Assembly (NCBI GenBank): GCA_963711565.1
Contig: CAVQEQ010000004.1
Coordinates: 1,024,001-1,088,000 of the forward strand
Reading direction: 5' to 3'
DNA from: an uncultured delta proteobacterium
GTDB lineage: Bacteria > Desulfobacterota > Binatia > Binatales > Binataceae
Length of the DNA stretch: 64,000 nucleotides
Each line of letters opens with the position of its first letter. Within the stretch, counting starts at the first letter, position 1. A program made the translations under genes and the position numbers. Shown in pieces: positions 41,583 through 51,031 of this stretch. The notes under the pieces were generated by a model. The model saw nothing but the letters and a program-made list of their open reading frames with translations, was not told the DNA's origin and made no database searches.

Positions 41583-41665
41583 TGTCATCCTGACGACCCG
41601 AGCATCGCGAGCGCTTGCTTGTCATTCCGACGACGGGAGCGACGCGACGGGAGGAAGGACCTCTG
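41583..41665 (+). repeat. GTCAT(C/T)C(T/C)GA-type palindromic repeat remnants (family E)
   Basis: TGTCATCCTGACGAC and TGTCATTCCGACGAC..GGAGGAAGGACCTCTG. Confidence 0.55.
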
Positions 41666-41822
41666 CCAAACTTTCGTCTCGCCGCCGGGTTCCGCGGGAT
41701 TACAGAGGTAGCCCTCGACGTGCAGCGCGCCGGCATCGGCGTCCAGGAACGCCGTCGGATAGCTCTGCGGAGTCTGAGAAACCACGCCGTGAGAGTAAGA
41801 CTCCGCAGCGTGCTACTAAACA

Positions 41823-41839
41823 GGGGAATTTAATTCCCC
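41823..41839 (-). terminator. Possible terminator hairpin
   Basis: GGGGAA-N5-TTCCCC followed by TGTTT on the minus strand, just after the stop at 41851. Confidence 0.4.
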
Positions 41840-41850
41840 CTAAGAAAAGA

Positions 41851-42366
41851 TCACGCGGGTTTACGCGGGCGCTTCGACGGTTTCTTTGCTGCCAGCGTGG
41901 TCACCGGCGGCCGGGCAACGTACAACTGATATGCACGCTGGTTCACGGCGTTTGCAAGGCTGGATTCTACCCGACCTGAAGCCATGAGGTCGCGGCTCGC
42001 TGGTTTGAATGCGTTGGCGAGTTCGGTGCCTGCGATTAGCATCGCTCGCTTTTCGGGATAACCGAAGCGCGCGATCAATTCATCACGCAATCGTATCGCG
42101 TCCCATTCTGATTCGATTGCTTCCACGACCGCGGCCCTGACGCCCTCGATAGTTCCCGGATGCGGCTCGCGTATCTTTTCGCCCGCGTGCTTCGAAGCGA
42201 AGTCCAATTCAGCAGCCTTGAAGTCTTGCCCAACCCGTTCCGCGTGACTTTGTTCCGCGTCCGCGCGGAAGCAAGCTCCGCACCTGCTCGCCTTCATAAG
42301 CGCATTGACTAAGCGCTCGAAGATCGACAACCGCTGGCCGCACTTCGCGCAGTGCTTCCGTGGCAC
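41851..42366 (-). CDS. Hypothetical protein: CxxC..CxxC N-terminus plus phage Mu gpF-like helical segment
   Basis: CAKC..CGAC; TIEGVRAAVVEAIE..RAMLIAGTELANA. Confidence 0.6.
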   Translation of the reverse strand: MPRKHCAKCGQRLSIFERLVNALMKASRCGACFRADAEQSHAERVGQDFKAAELDFASKHAGEKIREPHPGTIEGVRAAVVEAIESEWDAIRLRDELIARFGYPEKRAMLIAGTELANAFKPASRDLMASGRVESSLANAVNQRAYQLYVARPPVTTLAAKKPSKRPRKPA

Positions 42367-42373
42367 GCGCGGA

Positions 42374-42817
42374 TCAGCCTGGCTGTTGCGCGACGATCGC
42401 TTTCCCGCAAGCGCTCGAAATCTTGTGATCGGCGAGATCGCTGAACCACTGCTGGACGATGAAGCCGGCGCGCAGGTGCTCGATACCCGCTTTCTCGACC
42501 TCTGCGCCAACGTCCGGCTCGATTCCGAGAACATCGTGATTGGGATCGCCATTTTGGACTGTGCAGAACGCTCTTTCCACGATTTGACGTTCCGCCGTCG
42601 TGGCCGGCGCCGCCGCGGCTAGATCGTCGTTGCCGGAGGGAGCCAGCGCGGCGACTATCGCAATCACTACAAGCAGCGCGATCCCTCCGACGACAGCCAG
42701 GGCGATTTTAGTGCCACGTGCCATCCCCGCCGGCTGTCCCTGCCCGCAATGCGGACAATGTCTAGCTGTGGCCGATACTTCCTTGCCGCACGTTTTGCAG
42801 TTCGCCAGTTTGGCCAT
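42374..42817 (-). CDS. Zinc-ribbon domain membrane protein
   Basis: CKTCGKEVSATARHCPHCG then a TM helix; GGAGG RBS. Confidence 0.8.
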   Translation of the reverse strand: MAKLANCKTCGKEVSATARHCPHCGQGQPAGMARGTKIALAVVGGIALLVVIAIVAALAPSGNDDLAAAAPATTAERQIVERAFCTVQNGDPNHDVLGIEPDVGAEVEKAGIEHLRAGFIVQQWFSDLADHKISSACGKAIVAQQPG

Positions 42818-43189
42818 TTTAAATCCTCCCCTTCTTTACTCCAACGACGGGCGGCGCGTGGCCGCGATGATTTTGTGTGCCGCAGATTGTGATCACCCTT
42901 CACTGAATCTTCCGGCTCGACTCTTGACTCCTGCGAAGGGCCGTCGCCGAGACTCAGTAACTGCGAAAATTCTTTTGCTTGCGATCCTCTTTGTCGGCCA
43001 TTGGTCGGCACCCCGCATCTACCAGTTACATACTCAAGCCGATAGGCTGCCGACAAGCCGGACAGCTTCGCGCACGCGAAGCCGGTTCCGGTTCCGAAAA
43101 TCGCGCAGCGCTCCTTCCCTCGCTCAGGCCCTCGGATTCTCGTACTCTCCCCACAATCCGGATGAATCACGCCATCAGGAGCGAAACCA

Positions 43190-44336
43190 ATGGACGAACT
43201 ACCAGATCGCGAAATCATCGCCACCGTCCGCCGCTTCGTCGAGCGCGACGTAATTTCCAACGCTTCCGCCCTCGAGCATCGCGACGAATACCCGCATGCG
43301 ATGGTCGCGACGATGCGCGAGCTCGGCCTCTTCGGCGCCACCATCCCGGCCGAGCACGGCGGCCTCGGCCTCAGCTTCACAACCTACGCGCGCGTGATGG
43401 AAGAACTCGCGCGCGGATGGATGTCGCTGGCCGGCGTCATCAACAGCCATCTCATCATGGCCTTCATCATTGCCAATCACGGCACCGACGCGCAGAAAAA
43501 ATATTTCCTGCCCGCGATGGCGCGCGGCGAAAAACGCGGCGGCCTCGCGCTCACCGAACCGCATGCCGGCAGCGACGTGCAATCGATTCGCACCACCGCC
43601 GTCCGCCGCGGCGATGACTACATCCTCGCCGGCTCGAAGATGTTCATCACCAACGCGCGCCACGGTACGATGCTCGCCGTCGCCGCCAAGACCAACCCTC
43701 ACGCCGATCCCGCCTACGCCGGCATCAGCATGTTCGCCGTCGAGAAGTCCGACCGCGGTCCCACCGTCAGCCGCAATCTCGACAAGCTCGGCTACAAGGG
43801 CATCGACACCTGCGAAGTTCTGTTCGAAGACGTCAGTGTCCCTGCCGCAAATCTGATCGGCGCCGCCGAAGGCGCGGGCTTCAAACAAGTGATGAGCGCA
43901 CTCGAGGTCGGACGCATCAACGTCGCCGCGCGCGCCGTGGGAGTAGGGCAGGCTGCCTTCGAAACCGCAATCCGCTACGCGCAACAGCGCACCGCATTTG
44001 GCAAACCGATCTGCCAGCATCAAGCAGTCCAGTTGATGCTCGCCGACATGGCGACGCGCGTCGAGGCCGCGCGCCTGATGGTCGCCAGCGCGGCCCGCAA
44101 AAAACGCCGGCGAACGATGCAACGTCGAAGCCGGGATGGCGAAACTCTTCGCCTCGGAAGCCTGCGCAAAAATCTCGCTGGACGCGATGCGCGTGCTCGG
44201 CGGCTACGGCTTCATGGCCGACTTCCCGGTCGAAAGATTCTACCGCGACGCCCCACTGATGATGATCGGCGAGGGCACCAACGAAATCCAGGCGCTAGTA
44301 ATCGCCCGCGGCCTCTTAGCGCGCTATCCGATCTGA
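43190..44336 (+). CDS. Acyl-CoA dehydrogenase; frameshift in A-run near 44100 (probable assembly error)
   Basis: ALTEPHAGSD, GSKMFITN, GRINVAA, RTAFGKPI; C-terminus MAKLFASE..LGGYG..IGEGTNEIQ in a shifted frame. Confidence 0.88.
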
Positions 44337-44348
44337 TCTTTACTTTTG

Positions 44349-44386
44349 GTACCCTTCCCTCGAGGGAACGGGTCAGGGGTTAGGTT
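44349..44386 (+). repeat. Repeat family B
   Basis: CCCTTCCCTCGAGGGAACGGGTCAGGGGTTAGGTT between convergent genes. Confidence 0.8.
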
Positions 44387-44411
44387 CTTCGCATCGAGCT
44401 CGCTGCTCGCC

Positions 44412-45143
44412 TCATTCCCCGCGCGCCAACTCGTGCAGCGCCCGGGCGCATTCCACCGGATGCGTAAACATCACCTCATGCCCGCTCTTCACGAACTTGA
44501 GCGTCGGATTCTTAAGCCTGCTCGAATAGAACGGATGCCAATTCGGCGCGCCCGCGATCGGCGTCTGATCGTCCTCGCACACGATATAGCTGCTCGGAAT
44601 TCCGGTCGCGAAGTAGGGCGCCATCGCGATCGGCGCGACCAGCGGTGCAATCGGCTCCGGCCCCAGCGCCGACAGCACGTATTCCCTCACCGCCGGCGCC
44701 ATATCATTCGCGAGCCCGTCGAGAAATTCCTTGCCCATCACTTCGATCGTTGTCGATCGCTCGGGCATCGACTCCATCGCCGCCGCCAGCGGCAACGTCG
44801 CCGGGTCGATGATCGGCTGCCCGTCCAACGCCACCATCGCCGTCACCCACACGACGCGCTTGATCCGCGCCGGAATCTTCGCTGCCACTCCGGAAATCGT
44901 AAGCCCGCCCAGACTATGCCCCGCGAGCACGACGCCTTTCAGATCGTGCCGCTCGACAAACTCCGCGACGCTATCGACATAACTCTCGAGCGTAACCTTC
45001 GACCTATCCGCCCGATTCATCCCATGCCCCGGCAGATCAACCGCGTAAGCCCGGTCTCCCAGCTTCTCGAGCTGATTGATCACCGCCGCCCAGCACCACG
45101 CTCCATGCCATGCGCCATGTACCAAAACAAAAGTCTCCGCCAT
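44412..45143 (-). CDS. Alpha/beta hydrolase (esterase)
   Basis: FVLVHGAWHGAWCW, DLPGHG, GHSLGG, SGHEVM. Confidence 0.9.
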   Translation of the reverse strand: MAETFVLVHGAWHGAWCWAAVINQLEKLGDRAYAVDLPGHGMNRADRSKVTLESYVDSVAEFVERHDLKGVVLAGHSLGGLTISGVAAKIPARIKRVVWVTAMVALDGQPIIDPATLPLAAAMESMPERSTTIEVMGKEFLDGLANDMAPAVREYVLSALGPEPIAPLVAPIAMAPYFATGIPSSYIVCEDDQTPIAGAPNWHPFYSSRLKNPTLKFVKSGHEVMFTHPVECARALHELARGE

Positions 45144-45163
45144 TTTCTTTTCCCCTGTATGTT

Positions 45164-45289
45164 ACCACTCCCTTCGGGAGAGGACGCGACTCCGTCGCGG
45201 GTGAGGGCGCCCGCATCCAGCTCGATTCCCACGCCCTCACCCGTGCGCGACACAAGTGTCGCCGCACGACCTCTCCCGAAGGGAGAGGT
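45164..45289. repeat. A-related inverted-repeat element
   Basis: CTCCCTTCGGGAGAGG..GGGTGAGGGCG / CGCCCTCACCC..CCTCTCCCGAAGGGAG. Confidence 0.8.
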
Positions 45290-45344
45290 AATTCTTCCTC
45301 GCCAAACTTCCGACCAGGGACGAAGTCTCGCCTCTTCTCTTAAT

Positions 45345-45402
45345 ACTAAGGTGCAGGGCTTAGCCCTGCCGAAGGAAGCATGAAACCCACCGTGGGTTTC
45401 AT
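45345..45402 (-). repeat. Repeat family C
   Basis: GGTGCAGGGCTTAGCCCTGCCGAAGGAAGCATGAAACCCACCGTGGGTTTCAT. Confidence 0.88.
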
Positions 45403-45424
45403 TTGGATTAAGTTCCTACTTCCC

Positions 45425-46633
45425 CTAACTCGCGACCGCCGTGACTTCCTGCCCCTCTTTCAACGTCGCCGCCGGCACCACGATCACCATCTCGCCGCCG
45501 CTCAGTCCATTCTTGACCTCGACCCCGTCCTGGTATTCGCGCCCGACCGTGATCGGCGCCAGATGGATCGTGTCGCCGCGCACGACCCAGACCGAATTCG
45601 CGCTGCCGTCCGTGACGATCGCCTTCTTCGGCACCAGCACCATCGGCGCCGTCGCCGCATTCGTCATGATCGATTGGAAGGTGACCTTGGCGCTCATTTC
45701 CGGCTTGATAATTTTCAGGTCTGGCTGCAGGATTCGCACTTCGACTTTCACCGTGCCTTTCTGCCGGTCCGCCTCGGGATAAATCTTCGCCACCTGCGCC
45801 GGGAACGGATCGTCGGGATACGCGTCCGGGATCACCGTCGCCGGCGTGCCCATCTTGACCTTTGCGATATCGCTTTCGTTGATATCGACTTCGCAGCGCA
45901 TATCGGTCAGGTCCGCGAGCTGCGCGATATCCGTGGCGCCGCCGCCCGCCTGGATTTCGCCGCCATAGTTAATCGTGTCGCCCAGTTCGCGATACTTCTG
46001 CAGCACCACGCCGTTGATCGGCGACGTGATCACGGTCTGGCTCACGTTGAATTTCGCGAATTCGATTTCGCCGTCCGACTTCTTGAGGTTCGCCTCCGCC
46101 ACCGACAGCTGATTCTCCGCGTCGTCGAGCGAGTCCTTCGACTCCACGCCCTGTGCGTAGAGCGTGCGCATCCGATCCGCGCGCGCCCGCTTCAGCACCA
46201 GGTCGGCCGCCGCCAAATCGCGATCCGCATACGCCTGCTTCAGTTGCGCCTGGTAATCGCGATCGTCGATTCGCGCAAGCAGGTCGCCGACCTTGACCCG
46301 CTGCCCTTCCTCGATCGGCTCGGCCACGATCTGCCCGAGAATCTTGGTGCCAATCACGATGTACTTGTGCTTCGTGATTACATAGCCGCTGCCGGTCAGC
46401 ACGGTGCCCGCCTGTCCCGCCTGCTTGACGCTGACGATCGCGGTCTGCACTTCGGGCGGCCGCCCGAGCGTCTTCTGATAGACGACATAGCCCGCCGCGC
46501 CTACCACGGCGAGAATCACGATCGTGATCGCCGCCGGTACCAGCCGGCTCGGTTTCTTCGGCTGCGCCGCGCGCGCAATCCGGAGCGACTCGAGCTCGCG
46601 GATATTCGGTCCTTTTGGCGCTTCAGTGGACAA
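45425..46633 (-). CDS. Periplasmic adaptor (MFP) of a MacAB-type exporter
   Basis: TM anchor, lipoyl halves (EEGQRVKVGDLLARID, SPINGVV), EVDINESDI. Confidence 0.9.
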   Translation of the reverse strand: MSTEAPKGPNIRELESLRIARAAQPKKPSRLVPAAITIVILAVVGAAGYVVYQKTLGRPPEVQTAIVSVKQAGQAGTVLTGSGYVITKHKYIVIGTKILGQIVAEPIEEGQRVKVGDLLARIDDRDYQAQLKQAYADRDLAAADLVLKRARADRMRTLYAQGVESKDSLDDAENQLSVAEANLKKSDGEIEFAKFNVSQTVITSPINGVVLQKYRELGDTINYGGEIQAGGGATDIAQLADLTDMRCEVDINESDIAKVKMGTPATVIPDAYPDDPFPAQVAKIYPEADRQKGTVKVEVRILQPDLKIIKPEMSAKVTFQSIMTNAATAPMVLVPKKAIVTDGSANSVWVVRGDTIHLAPITVGREYQDGVEVKNGLSGGEMVIVVPAATLKEGQEVTAVAS

Positions 46634-46637
46634 AGGG

Positions 46638-47801
46638 TCACACGCTCCTCAAAGCATCTACCACCGGCATTTTCATCGCCTGCCGCGCGGGAAGCCAGCC
46701 CCCGACCATACCCATTACGGCGGCGAAAATCAGCGCCTCGATCACTATCGCAAACGTGACGCGGAAGCTGAATGCCAGCGTCGAGAACGTGACAAAATTG
46801 CCGAACGTCGTCGACAGCCCGTTAATTGGCAGCGCGATTATAATTCCGATCACGCCCGCCGCCACCGCCAGCACCAGCGATTCGAGCAGGAACAACGTCA
46901 TCACCGCGATCGGCGCGAAACCGAGCGCGCGCAGCGTGCCGATTTCAGTCGTCCGCGACGAGACCGCCGCGTACATCGTATTCATCGCGCCGAAAATCGC
47001 GCCTACCGCCATTATCACCGCGACGATCATCCCCAGCACCCGCATCTGGTTGGCGACCACCGCCTGATCCTTGTAGTAGTCCGCCTCGGTCTCCGCCTGC
47101 AGATTTATTCGCGGATCGTCGGCCAGCCGCCGTATCAACGCCCCGGTGTCCGCGCCCGGCGCGAGTTTCAAGCGCACGTCGGCGTAGTACGCGCCGCGCT
47201 GCGCGTCGTCCTGCACGTTATGAATATCGCCCCACACCTCGGACTCGAACGATCCGCCGTCGGCCGCGAAAATCCCGACCACCTTCCAGTTGCCGCGTCC
47301 GAAGCGCAGGGTGTCGCCGAGCTGCATATTCTCGTAATGCCCCTGTAAGCCCTTCCCGACAATCACTTCATTGACTGAAGGATTAAACATCCGCCCTTCG
47401 ATAATCTTCACCTTCGGATGTACTTTCAGCGCGATCGGTAGCACTCCGCGCACGACTATATTGTCGCGTCCGCCGCCCGTGCGATCCATCAGCGCCTGCA
47501 CCGGCAATTCCGGCGACACATCCACGGTCCCATCCGGCTCGCGCCGAATCTGCGGCAGAAATTTCATCGCATCGAACTGATCGAGCTGAATCGCCGAGTA
47601 GGTCTCGGTGGTAGCCCCCTTGCGCAGCACAATTACGTTATCCGGATCCCCAGTATCCGAAATCGCCGAATTAAGCCCCGCGACTAACGCCATCACGATC
47701 ACAAACACGCAAACGACCAGCGCAATCCCGCCCCCAGTCATAGCAGTAGAAACCCGCCTAACCAGCAGCGACCTAACATTATATTTCAGCGGTATCGCCA
47801 T
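46638..47801 (-). CDS. ABC transporter permease (MacB/FtsX family)
   Basis: MAIPLKYNVRSL, RTTEIGTLRALGF, PARQA. Confidence 0.9.
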   Translation of the reverse strand: MAIPLKYNVRSLLVRRVSTAMTGGGIALVVCVFVIVMALVAGLNSAISDTGDPDNVIVLRKGATTETYSAIQLDQFDAMKFLPQIRREPDGTVDVSPELPVQALMDRTGGGRDNIVVRGVLPIALKVHPKVKIIEGRMFNPSVNEVIVGKGLQGHYENMQLGDTLRFGRGNWKVVGIFAADGGSFESEVWGDIHNVQDDAQRGAYYADVRLKLAPGADTGALIRRLADDPRINLQAETEADYYKDQAVVANQMRVLGMIVAVIMAVGAIFGAMNTMYAAVSSRTTEIGTLRALGFAPIAVMTLFLLESLVLAVAAGVIGIIIALPINGLSTTFGNFVTFSTLAFSFRVTFAIVIEALIFAAVMGMVGGWLPARQAMKMPVVDALRSV

Positions 47802-47869
47802 CTCACTTCAGTCCCCCTTTCCGTCTTCCCCTCTCCCCATTCTGGGAGAGGAGAAGAAGCGTGTCCATT

Positions 47870-48121
47870 CCTAACCTCTCCTTGTCCGAGGAGAGAGCCT
47901 GCCCTGAGCCTGCCGAAGGGTCGGCGAAAGCCGCCTGTAAAGCGGTGTCGCCGGGAGAGGTACAACGCCAGTCATCGCACCACCTCATACTTATCTCTCC
48001 AATCCAGACACTCGTGCGGCGTCGCGCATAGCACCTCTTCTTAACCCTCTCCTCGGACAAGGAGAGGGCACTGAATAAATCCGGTCCCCCTTCCCTCGAG
48101 GGAAGGGGTTAGGGGTTAGGT
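47870..48121 (+). repeat. Composite A+B repeat (about 250 bp), copy 1
   Basis: Colinear direct repeat of 49446-49697; 24-bp insert at 47896-47919. Confidence 0.92.
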
Positions 48122-48217
48122 AGCACTCATCCATCACAGTTCCCGCCAACTCGCTCCCTCATTCATTCCACGCGCCCCTGACAGCAAAGTAGCGCGCCGC
48201 GCGCAACTTTGCTCTTC

Positions 48218-48244
48218 ACACTGGGTGCAGGGCTCAGCCCTGCC
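48218..48244 (-). repeat. Partial repeat family C
   Basis: ACACTGGGTGCAGGGCTCAGCCCTGCC, identical to the start of the 50153 copy. Confidence 0.8.
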
Positions 48245-48275
48245 GCCCGCCGCGCAGGCGATTATTTCCTGCTCC

Positions 48276-49415
48276 TCACGCCACCGTCCTCAACGCATCC
48301 ACAATATTCCTCCGCGCCGCCGATCTGGCCGGCACCATCGCACTGAACAAGCCAATCAGCGCCGCTATCACCAGGGTCTCCGCCAATACCACCGGCGGCA
48401 TCCGGATCGTCCCCAGCGGTCCGCCCATGTTGCCGACCGAAAAAGCCTTCAGCGCCAGATACGCCGATCCGCATCCTATTATTCCGCCGATAAGTCCTAT
48501 CAGCAGCGACTCCGCCAATAGCAGCGACAAAATCGTGCGCGACGTAAATCCTATCGAGCGCATCACCGCTATCTCGCCGCGCCGCTCCCGAATCGACATC
48601 GCCGCCGTATTCGCCGCCACCAGACCTATCGTCAGCACCACGATAAAGCCCAGCAGCTCCGCCATCCTGAAAAACGTGCGGTACTGTTCCATGAAGCTGC
48701 CGATAAACGCCGCCTCCGATTCCGAGATCGTCTCCGCCGACGAGTTGGCAAAGCCTTCGTCTATCGCCGCGATCACCTGCGGAACGTTCTCCGGCTTGTC
48801 AACTCTGACCCAGATATTATCGACGACTCCCGGCCGCCCGGCCGCCTCTTCCAGGTAGTCTCTCCTGAACAGCAGAAAATCCGGCGGCGCCTTGCCGCCG
48901 ATCGTACCGACGATTTGCAGCGTCACGTTGAACGGGTAGAGCGTGCCTTTGAGCTGAATCTGCTGCCCGACCCGCAGATGGAACCGCTTCATCGTGTCGC
49001 CGCCGACGAGCGCCGCCGTGCGAATCTTCTTGAACTGCGCGAACGCCTCCGGGCTGATTCCCCAGTCGGTCCACATCTTGTCAACGTCCTCGGGATCGGC
49101 CGCCAGGTTGGGAAACTGATCGTAGACCTCATGGTAAACGCCGCCGAACCAGCTCTCCGGCACCACCACCTCGACATGCGGCACGGCGATTATTCGCTGC
49201 TTGTAGGCGACCGGAATCGAGTAGGCGAGCCCGGCCTTGTTATGCGTCGCGACGCGCGTCAACGAAGCCGTATTTCCAAGAATCTCGTTAGCCACAGTCG
49301 GAATACTGACCAGCGCGGAAAAAATAAACAGAGAAACCGCAATCGACAAAACGGTAAGAAAGGTCCGCCGCTTCGAGCGCAGCAAATTCTTAAATATCAG
49401 CGCCAAGTACTTCAT
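48276..49415 (-). CDS. ABC transporter permease (MacB/FtsX family)
   Basis: MKYLALIFKNLLRSKRRT, RERRGEIAVMRSIGF, PARSA. Confidence 0.9.
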   Translation of the reverse strand: MKYLALIFKNLLRSKRRTFLTVLSIAVSLFIFSALVSIPTVANEILGNTASLTRVATHNKAGLAYSIPVAYKQRIIAVPHVEVVVPESWFGGVYHEVYDQFPNLAADPEDVDKMWTDWGISPEAFAQFKKIRTAALVGGDTMKRFHLRVGQQIQLKGTLYPFNVTLQIVGTIGGKAPPDFLLFRRDYLEEAAGRPGVVDNIWVRVDKPENVPQVIAAIDEGFANSSAETISESEAAFIGSFMEQYRTFFRMAELLGFIVVLTIGLVAANTAAMSIRERRGEIAVMRSIGFTSRTILSLLLAESLLIGLIGGIIGCGSAYLALKAFSVGNMGGPLGTIRMPPVVLAETLVIAALIGLFSAMVPARSAARRNIVDALRTVA

Positions 49416-49445
49416 CGCGCCACCTTCATCCTTATACCTCCTGCT

Positions 49446-49697
49446 CCTAACCTCTCCTTGTCCGAGGAGAGAGCCTGCCCTGAGCCTGCCGAAGGGTCGG
49501 CGAAAGCCGCTCGAAGAGCGGCGTCGCCGGGTGAGGTACAACGCCAGTCACCGCACAGCCGCATACTTACCTCTCCGAGCCCGACACTCGTGGCGCGTCG
49601 CGCGTCGCACCTCTCCCTAACCCTCTCCTCGGACAAGGAGAGGGCACTAAGCAATCCGGTCCCCCTTCCCGCGCGGGAAGGGGTTAGGGGTTAGGTT
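49446..49697 (+). repeat. Composite A+B repeat (about 250 bp), copy 2
   Basis: Direct repeat of 47870-48121; 24-bp insert at 49472-49495. Confidence 0.92.
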
Positions 49698-49716
49698 CCT
49701 GAGCATCACAACCACC

Positions 49717-50112
49717 TCAAGCGCCCTCAGCCATCGCCGCCGCCGAACTCTTAGTCCTAATCTCCAGTACATGATTCGCAAGATCGAAGAAGTAAACGAC
49801 GCGCCCGCCATGCGACTCATCCACCTTCATATCCCCGAGCGACCACGGCTGACTGCCATAACTCAGCCCCTCTTTCTTGATCCGCCCGAATATCGCGTCG
49901 AACTCCTCTTCACTGACATGGAACGCATAATGATGGACGCCGAAATTCTCCCAGCGGTCATCGAAGTCCATCGTCAGCGTCCCATTCACCCGCACTGGCG
50001 CGAACGGACCCATCGGCCCGTCGTAACTAAGTCCAAAAAGCTTCGCAAAGTACTTGGCCGACGCAACCTTATCCCGCGCCGGAACGATAGTGTGATCCAA
50101 TACAATAGCCAT
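49717..50112 (-). CDS. VOC/glyoxalase family protein
   Basis: LDHTIVPARDK, HYAFHVSEEEFD, GGRVVYFFD..HVLE. Confidence 0.9.
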   Translation of the reverse strand: MAIVLDHTIVPARDKVASAKYFAKLFGLSYDGPMGPFAPVRVNGTLTMDFDDRWENFGVHHYAFHVSEEEFDAIFGRIKKEGLSYGSQPWSLGDMKVDESHGGRVVYFFDLANHVLEIRTKSSAAAMAEGA

Positions 50113-50152
50113 AGTCACACCTCCTACAAATTAATCCGTGCGTTATCTCCTA

Positions 50153-50211
50153 ACACTGGGTGCAGGGCTCAGCCCTGCCCAGGGAAGCGTGAAACCCAGG
50201 AGGGGTTTCAC
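50153..50211 (-). repeat. Repeat family C
   Basis: GGGTGCAGGGCTCAGCCCTGCCCAGGGAAGCGTGAAACCCAGGAGGGGTTTCAC. Confidence 0.88.
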
Positions 50212-50225
50212 ATTCAATTAGTTCC

Positions 50226-50954
50226 TCACCCATGCGCCGCCGCCTCGCTCGTAACTCCTCTCATCCCCGGCTCAACTCCCGCCAGCACTCCCTTATCCAG
50301 CCGATAAACCGTATCCACATACCGCTCCGCGCGCGGGTCATGCGTCACCATCACGATCGTCTTCTGAAACTGCCGATTCATATCGACCAGCAGCCCCAGA
50401 ATCTCCTCCGCCGACTTCGCATCGAGATCTCCGGTCGGCTCGTCGGCCACGATAATCGTCGGGTCCGCCACGATCGCGCGCGCAATCGCCACGCGCTGCT
50501 CCTGACCGCCCGACAATTGCCGCGGATAATGGTCCATTCTGTCCGCCAGGCCCACCACCTTGAGCGCCGTCTCGACATGCTCGCGCCGCTCGGCCTTGTT
50601 CAGACTCGTCAGCAGCAGCGGCAACTCGACGTTCTCGAACGCCGTCAGCACCGGGATCAGATTGTAGAACTGGAACACCAGCCCGATATGCCGCGCGCGC
50701 CAGCCCGCCAGGTCGCGCTCCTTCATCCCGGTTATTTCCTCGCCGCCGACCGCGACCCGTCCCGTGCTCGCGTGATCGATTCCCGCAACCAGGTTGAGCA
50801 TCGTGGTCTTGCCGGACCCCGATGGCCCCATGATCGCGACGAAGCGTCCGGCCGGAATCTGCACCGTCACGTCGTCGAGCGCGCGCACCTCGAATTCGTC
50901 GCGCTTGTAGATTCGGGTCACATGTTCGAGATCGATCGCAAACTTTTGGTCCAT
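50226..50954 (-). CDS. ABC ATPase (LolD/MacB family)
   Basis: [32 protein letters not shown]. Confidence 0.93.
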   Translation of the reverse strand: MDQKFAIDLEHVTRIYKRDEFEVRALDDVTVQIPAGRFVAIMGPSGSGKTTMLNLVAGIDHASTGRVAVGGEEITGMKERDLAGWRARHIGLVFQFYNLIPVLTAFENVELPLLLTSLNKAERREHVETALKVVGLADRMDHYPRQLSGGQEQRVAIARAIVADPTIIVADEPTGDLDAKSAEEILGLLVDMNRQFQKTIVMVTHDPRAERYVDTVYRLDKGVLAGVEPGMRGVTSEAAAHG

Positions 50955-51031
50955 GGTGTCCTTCCCTTTGTGAAATTGTTGCAGTTAACCCTGATCTTTG
51001 ACTCAAATCTGTATATTGCCGCCGCCGCCAG

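Noticed and set aside
5686-43138. 18-bp direct match CGCTCAGGCCCTCGGATT at 5686 and 43121
   Set aside because: Outside the tRNA, overlaps a gene end and encloses core genes; plausible by chance in 64 kb of high-GC DNA
44095-44110. Programmed frameshift in the acyl-CoA dehydrogenase
   Set aside because: No known rationale in this family; similar indels in three unrelated genes favour sequencing error
48276-49541. N-terminal ORF extensions or small ORFs made from repeats (permease to 49541, mlaE to 34762, nrtR to 40220, ORFs 34770-35420, 41416-41979, 47803-48060)
   Set aside because: They are read-through of palindromic repeats; better starts exist downstream
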